Shown here: one piece after another, positions 53,480-64,000 of the stretch
How the letters are laid out: every line of letters begins with the position of its first letter
Position numbering within the stretch: position 1 is the stretch's first letter
Source of the DNA: Paragordius varius
Taxonomy: Eukaryota > Animalia > Nematomorpha
Direction of reading: 5' to 3'
Assembly: GCA_964247055.1 (NCBI GenBank)
Contig: OZ176054.1
Coordinates: forward strand, 8,122,001-8,186,000
DNA: 64,000 nucleotides
Position numbers and translations under genes: made by a program
The notes under the pieces: generated by a model
What the model saw: only the letters and a program-made list of their open reading frames with translations
What the model was told of the DNA's origin: nothing
Database searches by the model: none

Positions 53480-53860
53480 CAGTGACTAAGCCCTTTTATG
53501 ATTTAGGTTCATATATTTGCCCCAACCCGTGAAACGGGGTTTTTTGAACAAATAAAAATCCTTAAATTTTAAGTTTGACAGACGTTTCCAAAAAACGTGT
53601 TAGCCTAGTGAGTTTCAGTAGGACACTTTTTGTATTATTTTAAGAGTGCGTCGAGGATGACTAGGCCCCTTTTATAAATTAGCTCCACAGTTTAGCCCCA
53701 CACTAAAAAAATGGCGTTTTGGAAGAATCGTTGGCTTTGGAACACGATTTCGAAAAAGGTCCTCAATGAAGAGCAGAAAGTGATCGAGCCCTTTGTTTAA
53801 TTAGCCCTTCATTTAGCCCAACTTAGTGTGAAAATAGCAGCTTTATAATAATATTCGCCT
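53480..53860 (+). mobile_element. Helitron-family remnant with ~150-bp tandem units (approximate ends)
   Basis: gccccaacccgtgaaacggggtttttt and ttagccccaac..gtgtgaaaa are reverse complements of the Helitron subterminal sequence near 2020-2070. Confidence 0.45.
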
Positions 53861-54021
53861 TGATATTTGTAAAACGTAGAGGACCATGCAAATTCAAAAA
53901 TGGTAATTGCGTAAATTTTGCCATTTTATGATATGAAGCAGTTGCTACAAGTATTCTTAAATCACTCGTAAGGGCCAAAACCAAAAGCACTATGACTATG
54001 ATAATCCTTGATATACTATCC

Positions 54022-54027
54022 CATCAG

Positions 54028-54060
<33 letters not shown>
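54022..54060. repeat. (TA)n microsatellite
   Basis: Uninterrupted AT dinucleotide run. Similar runs lie at ~10965-10986 and ~63808-63838. Confidence 0.95.
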
Positions 54061-54062
<2 letters not shown>

Positions 54063-57000
54063 CATCAGAAATATTTTATACCCCCTACCCCTCGATTTCG
54101 GACGCAGTGTTATGGACAAGATAGGATATGCAATATAATATTTTGATGAAAATTGGCATTTATACCTTTACTCAATAAATAATATAGTATACAACTAGAT
54201 GTTTTGTCTGAAAGCTAAAATCATCTCGAAAAAATGCTTATAAATTGGCAAACCAGACAGAGTAGTCGCTCGATTAAAAGTAATTAGAATAAATATTATG
54301 CAGCTCAAACAAATAGTAAACAACCGTGTTAAATAGATAATGATAATGAAAAGTCACAGTCGGACTAGACTTCCCGGCTTGAACACACTAAATTTAGAAA
54401 CGTAAAATGACATTTCAGCCCCTAAATTATTCGTTAATATATATTGGAAAACTATAAAAATATATAAAAAAAATAAATACCAATATTGAAAATAAATATA
54501 TCGTTCTTCAGTAGTTGAATATTATAAAAGGTCTATCATATAGAAAAATTGGTTAGGTTTTAAAATCAAAGTAAAACTTTAAATTTTAAATACCTATTAT
54601 GTCAAAAGTGAAATAATTATTCTAACTTCGCCGCTAATTAGTTAGTAACGTTTAAAATCTTCTGTAATCAGCCAATATTAAGAAAAAAAATTTTGGTTCC
54701 ATAATGCTTATTATTTTAATATATATAACCAACAATATTTTCTATAACGTTAGTTTTACAAATATAAATATGCGAGTATTAAAGGTACCTAAATGCCTAT
54801 GTGATTTATATTTTTGATTGAAACTTCTGGTTTTTTACCTGATTTTTAGCAGCGTTGTGTGTTAATAAACCAATATTTCTTTTTTTTTCTTTCTCTTTTT
54901 AAAGCTTTTCTAAATATGATACAAGGAGCAAAAAATTTGTTATTAATGTTATGTTACTTAATAGAATTTATTTTTACAAAATACTGAAATATGACTTATT
55001 ATTTATTATATTATATGGTAATGTTTCAAGTAAGAGTAATATTTTATAAAAAGTATTAGTTATTATAGAAAAAATTAGGCCTAAATTGCATATATGTCCA
55101 ATCAATAAATATATATTGCTAGGTGGATATGTTTAAACTACTTTATATATTTTATAAAAAATGCATTTATATTTATTTTTAAAATAATATACTTTTACGA
55201 CTATTAATTAAAATAATTTTTTTTACAAAAACTAATCATTTTAAAAAATAGATTTTTTTAGATTTTCCAATCAACAACAAAAGTATGATGAAATTTTGCA
55301 TTTTCGATGGATCGAACGTTGCCTATTAATTTAATAGATTTTATAACCCTATATAGTCTAACGTGATAATGATAATTTTTCAACACTTGTTAGCGAAAAA
55401 TAAATATTATAAACATCGAATTTGTCAAAGAAAAAGAGAATTCCATTTCAAATGAAATCGCGAGACCCTGTTTTATTTTTGTTTCTTCTATCTATTCATA
55501 TTATTCAAGGTAAATTTATATTATTAAGAATCAATAATCATTTTTAAACTATTGATATTTAAATGTTTATAAAAGTTTTGTATAGACATTCGTATGGAGA
55601 ATCTCAATTTCATTTATCAATTATTATTAACTAAATATTAAGGCTATCTTGAAATCGATTAATAAAATTTATCAGCCAATATCTAAGTCATAACTCGCTT
55701 GCGTTCAAAATAGATTAATCTTTATTTATTGTCAAAATTGCAGTAATGGGTATAAATGTAACTTAGGATCTCAATTATTAAATAAAATTGTTTAAGGTAA
55801 TTGCAAGTAATGTGTAAATAATTTTTCGAAATGCAACGTATCTTTATTGATACTTTTAATTTACTATTATTCTAAAGTTAGAGCTTTTTATCTACTTCAG
55901 TTTAATGAGCTCCCTATTGCAGATAAAGATGGCGCAAATATGAGCCTTTTTAATATACCTTCTGTAGTTAAAAATACATGGCTCAATATCCCCATATGAC
56001 CCTTCTTTATAAAAAAAATAAAATTTAATATTTTAAACTAAATATCATTCAATTTTGAGTTTTTTAACTATAATATATACTTAACCATTTTCTACAAATA
56101 CATTTCAAAATGTATATTAAATTTCAATTTGGCTAATTTAATGGGTCGCATGATCAACCTACAATCCTGACCTAAGGACTATACAAGATTTTTTAAAATT
56201 TTACTGATTGATAGGAGCTATTCGATTAATAGGCGCTGTATTTAAAAATATGAAAAGAGAGATTTGTGAATACTGCAGATAAAATTTTTATTTGGACAAA
56301 TTCTAAACTTGATTTGCCGTTTAGGTTTTCTAATATTAGTTTAAAATTGGTCTTGTTTATTTATTTATAAGATATTTTTAATTTATAATCAAACTTTACA
56401 GTATTACTAGACGACACGCTACAAGAAGTTACAAAAGAAGATGGTTTCATAAATATTGTTTACCTTTAGAAAATGTTTGCGACATCTTTGAATTATTTTA
56501 CACAATAAGTTTCCGAAACTTGAAGCACTTAATAAAATTAGCTCCAAACTTATGATCAATTATTTTGACATATTTAAATTTAATCAAATTTAAGCGTTTT
56601 AATTTATAGGAAATAATTTAAATAATTGCGTGTGTGACCTTCGAATTCTATATCGGCTATTATAAATATATTACTCTGTAGTATTTGAAATTTTGAATTA
56701 TTTAGTGTTTCATTTATGAAAAAAATAGTGTTTATTGTTATAAGTAAAGTTTATTAATTTTTGAATGATTTTGGTAATAATAAATATATATATATAATGC
56801 GAAACATAACGTTTTTTATTATAGGTTTTAGGTAACTTACACTATACTATGACATCCGCTATTTTACCTTTTAAAAGCAATCAAAGTTACTTTTATAAGA
56901 TACTATATTTATATTATAAGTATTGTCGAAATGTAAAATTGTATCTCAAGGACATATATTTATAACGTTTGGTTTGCCATTTAGGGAATATAATTTATTG

Positions 57001-59128
57001 TATAATAATAATAACAATATTAATATAAAATTTATTATGCTATGTGAAAAGATTGGTTTTTGATTGTAACTAAATATACGTTAAGTAAATGGCTAAAGAT
57101 GAAAAAATATGGTAAAAATTTAGAAACACCCATTAAATCATATTAATGCAGTTGCTCGCTAAATTTTTTAAATCAAATGCAAATATTTTTAAGGTTGTGT
57201 TTCGACCTAAAAAAAACAATAAATAATCATGATGAAGATAGAATTATGATTATTAGATAGTTGTTTTTGTATGAAAAGATACAGAGGTAGTAGAAGAATT
57301 ACATTTTTGATATAGCAAAAAGCATAGGTAATCGCAAAAAATTATGCGATAAGAAAAGGGCAAGTGTACAATAGATCGGCCAATCCTTTTTATTCAGGTT
57401 CCTATGTAGTCCTAAAGGTAAACTCTGGAAGGAAAACCTTTCTGGGACCAGAATATGTTGGCGTGGATGTGGACACATGATGAGAGTAAGCCAAAAATAT
57501 ATTTGGACAAGAATATGTTTAACTTGGGTTAATCAATAGATACGGCGTTAATATCATAAATTAATTTAACAAATATTGCCAGTTAACAACAACATACGAC
57601 TAATTGAATGTCATAATACGGTACATTCTCGATTTATGATGACTGCCGCAACAATATTAATAAATTTAATTTTAGTTTCAGCAAGTTATAAACTTGAAAC
57701 GAAACCGTGATACAGATTTACTTCATATAATATTCCCAGAAAGAAAATATGGGTGTTTGTCGAGCGTCTAGCTTTGTGGTTATTTACATATATCTCCATA
57801 TTTTCACATAAATTAGTTTTTATTTTGGTTGTTTATACAATATTCCTGTTTTTGGCTCATTTTCACTGCCAGGAATACATGTTATAAAACTTTTACCTAT
57901 TGCCAATTTCGGCTCCATAGATTTTGTTAAGATGTGTGATTTCAACGTGTATTATCGAATATTAAACGAGGTTCTTTTAATCTGAAGCCAATCAGTCTGA
58001 AATTAGTAATATTCTTGATATTATTCAAATATTGGGTTTAATTTATATACTAAAGGTTTTTCTATTTTATTTGGTTTTGAGTATAATGGTGGGGTGCTAA
58101 ATTAGAGTTTTTTTTTTTCAAAAAATTAATTTTCCGAATCGGTGCAAGTGCATAATATATAAAGATTTGAAACCACATCCAGGTTCTATTTTTTAGTTAT
58201 TTATCTGTGGGCCATATGTGTTATAAATGGTAAAACTTGATAAAAAATTGGCTACTATTTAGAAACGAGATAAAAAATGTTTTTTTATTTTTTTAAAGAA
58301 AAGGGTTATTGTTTCAGTAGGTGGCATAATACAGATATTGGGAATTGGCATGTGAGCGTTTTTTGCTTAAAATCCCGATTCAAATTGGGGTAACTAGTGG
58401 CCCCGAATTAAATATACACGATATTTTGCAAAAATGTTGCAAAATAAAAATAGCGTCAAAGTACAATACAGTACTTTTTTTCAAAAATTTTATTTAGATA
58501 TTTTGGCTTATAATTTTTATTAAGATAGAAGCTTGATTATTTACAGTTTCTATGATTATTTTAAAAATATCAAGTTAAATATAGTCTGGGTATTTAGATA
58601 TCCCTATTTAGATTAAGCGCTAAAATTATATCTAACTATATTAATAGAGAAGGTTCTAACATGTCTTGCTGGCCAAATTTGTAATTTGTAATATACGCAT
58701 TTTTTAGATGAATCTTTATTATTTCGTGTATTATTGATTTTCAAAGTGAAAACTTTTGTATTTTATACAGACCTGGGCATATAGTTACTACATATTAAAT
58801 CGAAGGACTGGAAGGAATGTATCGTATCCAGTTCTTTTTTTGCTTTTTAACCAAAATAATTTAATTGGGTAGAAATTTTGCATAAATATAAGAACATAAA
58901 TTTTTATTTATGTTGCCCAAGTTTGGGTTTATACTATCAACCTTTTTCTTTAAAAACATTTTATTTATATTATTTAAGATTTGGTACCAGTTATTTTATT
59001 ATCTTTTGTTACTAATTGGTTTTTTGGATAAAAATATGATGTTGTTTATAAATAATACACTGATTTTGTAAATAATTGTTTGTATCTTCAACCTTTCTCA
59101 TACATTGATTTATCCTGATGAAAACAAT

Positions 59129-59941
59129 ATGAGTGCCCCAGAGACCGAAAATTCATCCGAGCAACATGTTGATTCTGCTTCATATATTATATCTAACCTC
59201 GTTCTACCATTAGTTATTAAGCCAGCAGTTAATAAAATGAGTCAAGATTGCGAAATCAAGGCTTTTGAAAAATTGATTCAAGCATTAAATGATTCATTCG
59301 CAAATATGGAGAATGCTAAACCCGGATTTACATATGATTTCGTTAAAATTTTATTACGAAATGCAGTAATATCTACAACAGGAAATGATGATTCCTCCAT
59401 GTCATTAGATACAACTAATTCTTTGGTTGATAATGAACTACAAGAAAGTATGTTGCGACTATCATCATCGACCAGTATAACAGATGATGCTAAGTATGCC
59501 AATATATACAGAATGATGCCAGCACCCCTAATAGAATTGGATGTCAAATCATTAGAACTTAAACACATCCTCAGCAAAATTCCGGATCAGATTAAAGATA
59601 GAAAAATATTTTTAGAAACCATCAAGGAAATAGCAGGTTCAATTAAACACCTGCTTGATGCCGTTAACGACGTATATTCAAATATAAACACATCTAATGA
59701 AATCGTAATTGAATCTAAAAAAATTATTTTAACAGACGAATACAAACAAAGGATTCAAACTTTGATAGAACAGAAAAAACGTGATTTCGTCCGTTATTCC
59801 AAAAAATTTAGTAATACTTTGAAGGAATATTTTAGGGAGGGTGATGTCTATGCTGTTTATAGAAGCGCTAATTGTCTCGTATACCAAGCCGAATTAATAT
59901 CGGGCACGCTCAAAGAAAATATATTGCAACACACCACCTAA
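59129..59941 (+). CDS. PDCD10: Programmed cell death protein 10 / CCM3, single exon, 270 aa
   Basis: LKHILSKIPDQIKDRKIFLETIKEIAGSIKHLLDAVNDV and EQKKRDFVRYSKKFSNTLKEYFREG..SANCLVYQ match the PDCD10 FAT-homology domain. The ATG is taken at 59129. Confidence 0.93.
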   Translation: MSAPETENSSEQHVDSASYIISNLVLPLVIKPAVNKMSQDCEIKAFEKLIQALNDSFANMENAKPGFTYDFVKILLRNAVISTTGNDDSSMSLDTTNSLVDNELQESMLRLSSSTSITDDAKYANIYRMMPAPLIELDVKSLELKHILSKIPDQIKDRKIFLETIKEIAGSIKHLLDAVNDVYSNINTSNEIVIESKKIILTDEYKQRIQTLIEQKKRDFVRYSKKFSNTLKEYFREGDVYAVYRSANCLVYQAELISGTLKENILQHTT

Positions 59942-61248
59942 CACTATACATTTCCAATTATTATGCCATTATTTAATAAATTATTTATTTTTCACAGATA
60001 TTTAATATTTAGGTCAATATTACTAGCTAATTGTTAAATATGGCTAGGTATTAGACAGTGTCGGGGAATGTAAATATTTTAAACCGCTTTGTTTAAACGA
60101 ATCAACGCATTCCCTATGATTGTTATAAGTTATTTTTGATTTTATATGTTACTTGATATAATTCAATTTAAGCCTGAGTTGTAAATAGCAGAAAATCAGC
60201 ACCTCCAGCCATACAAAGTCTTTGTTTTTCTGTAAAAATTAAAAATATGAAACCACCTTATTATATCACGCGTTTGCGCGTAACGTTAACTCGGGGTTAT
60301 GGACCTCCCTATACGACTATATGCTAGCTAATGCCCATTTGAACAGAAAAAACAAGAAAACACTAGTAAGAACGTTGTGCCGACCAAGTTAATGACCCGG
60401 TAATCCACCTGGCCAAATTTTAAAAAACAGCGTTAGGAGTTTTATGAAACCTTATTTAAGTTTGGTCTTTTTTCATTTCACATTTTTGACGTAAAACGCT
60501 ATATCTTTGAAATTATTATATTCCAAATAAATTGTACTTTTACTATGAAATCAACTCATATTATTTATGTTTTCATTGCATAATCGATTGAATATATATG
60601 TTTGCTACTTTAAAGGTTTGTAATGAGTTTGAGAAGCAATTTAAAAATTAGTTCAAACATATAGTGCTCGCTTCTGTTCTGACCATTTTTTCGATAGTCA
60701 ATCATAGCTCTATGAAACATTTCAACTCATGTTTGTAGCAGAGAACTAAGACTAATTTATAATTCAAATCTATTTTACCGTATATTAAAGGTAGATTTAA
60801 ACCTATCATATCAAATATTTTTTTCCGATTGGGATGATTAAGGTTGTTATTTTATATTTGTGATTTGATTTAACATCAATATACAATCAAAAAAAAGCTA
60901 TAAGACATGTCCCTTTTTTAAACTAAATTGAATAATAAATGCCGGAAAAGGATTGTGGTTTTCGTTTATTGGAATTAATATAACAAAAACAGGATTATTT
61001 TGCATTTACCATGTTTACTTCTTTATTTATAAGTTTTTTGTATTGATTACGCCAATATAATTTTTTATTGGCTGTCGATAATTCAGAATATTTTTAATTT
61101 ATAATTAAAATCTATTAAAAATACTAAAAAAATAAGTTGGAGCTTATAAAATTTGAATATCCACATTAAGAAATTAAATTTAAGAATTAATTTAATTTCA
61201 ATAAATAGTTATAAAGAAGGAAAAATTAATTTATTTTACATTGAATAG

Positions 61249-63803
61249 TTTACACCCAAAGCCAAGAATGTGAGTTCGCATGCCGAAACAAAAATTGTGT
61301 TTCATTTTCCGATTATCGAAACGGAGAAGATAATTGTGGCGATTATTCTGATGAAGGTAATTATATATTGCTATTTTTTTGGCCCAAGGACTTTTTAATG
61401 ATTGTTTTGTTGCCTAAATAATACAGACTTAAAATATGCCCGATTTTCGCTAAGTTCTGGACCTTATTTAATTGGCTTTTTAAAGGTACATTTTTGTTAG
61501 GTAAATTAACTTTTATCAAAATGTCCTACGGTACAATCTATTATAGATTATAAACTAAGAGTAGACTTTAATGGTTGTTTTCGTCAAAGCTTTCTAAATC
61601 ATGATTGAAGGTTTTATTTAGAGTTAATGGAATTTTACAAAAATAAGATCTGAAACGTAACATAAATCACAATAGATCCGGTTTAATCATCCCACAATCG
61701 GGATCATTATGAAGGGGAGTATACCGAAATTAATATAATATAGATGTCCACATTTAATATTATAAAACTTAAAACTTTATCTCACGATTTCCCTTGTTTA
61801 AATTGTTTTATATAAGGCCCCGCAAAAATTTTATATACATGATACGAAACCAGCCATATCTTTAGTAAGCCAGGCCAAATATTTAAAATTAAAAAATAAT
61901 TAAATGATAAATGTTTTATGGATAGATTGCTTGAGATGGGATTACAGGTGCCCAGATTCTGGTGTTTGTATACCTGCTTATAAATTCGTAACCGGTGATT
62001 TTAACTGCACAGGTATTATAATATTTTGTAATTTTCAAATTTTATAGTAAAAACTTTTTTTGAAAAATATATTGTTGGGTTTACAAAAGCAAGAAAACAA
62101 TATATTATTTAATATAGGCAAAGATTATTGTAGCAAAGATTCCAATGATTGTTCGCCCCTAGCTCAATGCATAAATACGGGTGTCTTTTATAAATGTATT
62201 TGTCCGGCAAATACGACTATCGATATGTCCCCAAACCCAAAATACCCTGGGAGGATTTGTCTGTCCATGAATGCTAATGGAACTGAGTATATATTTAATT
62301 TATGTTTCAAATATTTTTTAGATTTTAATTAGATGCAGAGATTGAAACTGGAGCTGTTTTTGTTAATGTTGTGGTTGTAGGATATTGTATCTGATTTTGT
62401 CAGAGTTTTAGTGAAAAACGGTTTTAGACAAAATGTTTCTAGTTCCATTTTTTTTAGTAAATGGTACTCATTTTTATTTGTTTTTTTCGAATGTTTAATC
62501 TATTTAAACACAATTGGATAAATGCGACAAAAAATGCGCATAAAATTTAAAATATTACTATGAATTACAAAATAACAAATAATTAAAAATTAAGGATTTT
62601 TAGAACTGTTTAGGATTCCGGTTAAAGCAGTTCAACTTTTTCCATAATGGAAAAATAACCTGCTCCGCGAAAATAGTTTAGGTTTCAATTCCTGGTTTTA
62701 AACATTATGTATATTAATTATTTTATTTTCTGATACATGATACTATTTATTGAAGTACAAACGGAACAGCCTCAGACATGATCGTCACAGATTGTAATGG
62801 CTTACGATGGGGACGAAACAAGAGATTGTGCGTCCCTAGAGCTTGGGGTAGGTACTTTTGTTTAAAACATTTTTAACTAATCATCATTTTATTTTGGTTT
62901 ATTTCAGAAATTTCTCTTTAAAATCTATCTATATCTCATAATTTTATATATTTATGAGAATATTTATTTATTTTAGCTGCTATTATCATACTTTTTTCCA
63001 TACTTGCGATTGGAGCCATGTTGATGGGATTATATTTTTGTTGTCTGCTATGTGTCAGGAAAAAGTAAATTATTGAAATATACTAATTTATCAACAAATT
63101 TGAAATCATCCAAATTCGTGAAATCATCAACTTTTATAAAAGAACAAATGGGGGTCACATTTTTATATGGACTATTACCTTATGACAAATTTAACTTGAT
63201 AACATTCATAGTTTTGGGGTTACGTTCTGGACCGTTTAAACAGTTCCCCAAAGATATGCAGTTCACGGTCAATCCATCAATAATGCCACAGATGCAAATA
63301 GATTTAATTAAATTAAAATTGTGTTAATATGTATTATTGATAATATTAATTAACAATTTATATTATTTAAGATATTGATATTTTACAAGTGATGATCATA
63401 TGTGGTTTATAAAAGCAGCTATAATCACAAGTAGGTATACATTTAAACATGGCCAAGTACTTTAAAAATTTAAAAAACAAATATTAATTAGCCTTAGACA
63501 ATCATAAATTTTTAACAAAATATAAAGCTTGTTAGTTTTAAATTATTAGAATAAAAAATTCCACATTGACCAACCTTATCCACAAGCAATGCAAAATATG
63601 ACTTATAAATTTTTGCAAAATCAATCAGGAAACCCTTTTTGGAGTTATTAAGATTTATTTTCTGAAGTGTTTTTTACACCTAACAAAAATAGAAATAATG
63701 TATCACAAATTTTGATCTAATGAACAGCTTTGGTAAAAAGCTAAACACACAATATTCATAAAGTGAAAAAGGTCTGAAATGCCCAATAATATAATAATAT
63801 ATA

Positions 63804-63845
<42 letters not shown>

Positions 63846-64000
63846 AGAGATAACCGTGTAACCACGGAACGATTAATTGTTCCAGTACCTGTGGTGAATG
63901 GTGTACCCATGCCTAATCCCACAAGTACCTATGTCCCGGTTCCTATAATAACAACGGCCCCTAATACGGTTGTGATTGAACGCATTCCCCCCTTACCATA
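61249..64000 (+). CDS. Type-I membrane protein with LDL-receptor class A-like repeats, an EGF-like domain and a TM helix (5' start unresolved; runs off the window)
   Basis: Exons translate to CEFACRNKNCV..NGEDNCGDYSDE, CLRWDYRCPDSGVCIP, CSKDSNDCSPLAQCINTGVFYKCICP..DMSPNPKYPGRIC, AAIIILFSILAIGAMLMGLYFCCLLCVRKK, and a Pro/Val-rich tail from ~63845. Confidence 0.75.

Noticed and set aside
57350-57960. RICWRGCG..YIWTRIC, reminiscent of an L1-clade C-terminal zinc knuckle
   Set aside because: A single short motif amid many stops is insufficient to call a LINE remnant.
60170-60420. GC-richer island with a possible 27-nt minus-strand GT-AG intron (60230-60256)
   Set aside because: No open frame spans it and no ncRNA fold is recognised. 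It may be promoter/UTR sequence.

Overview
Very AT-rich eukaryotic (metazoan-type, standard code) genomic DNA. I found no rRNA, tRNA or CRISPR array. Host genes: NBAS/Sec39 (minus, 10672-25581), dynamin-related protein DRP1/DNM1L (minus, 32132-49966), an orphan two-exon gene nested antisense in a DRP1 intron (36549-40681), intronless PDCD10/CCM3 (59129-59941), and an LDLa/EGF type-I membrane protein running off the right edge. The first 10.5 kb is a nested transposon stack: RTE-like LINEs, a non-autonomous Helitron, and a 6-kb Chapaev-like (CMC superfamily) DNA transposon with CAC..GTG ends and a CAG target duplication. That transposon is one giant palindrome with two ~2.8-kb arms carrying head-to-head transposase copies. 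The most striking signal is intron architecture. Many GT-AG introns are only 21-26 nt, in DRP1, NBAS and the transposase itself. They coexist with 50-110 nt and kb-scale introns, and at least one long intron reduces exactly to a 23-nt micro-intron plus a TTAA-inserted MITE. All assignments come from manual translation and alignment by eye. No database search was run and the organism cannot be named.
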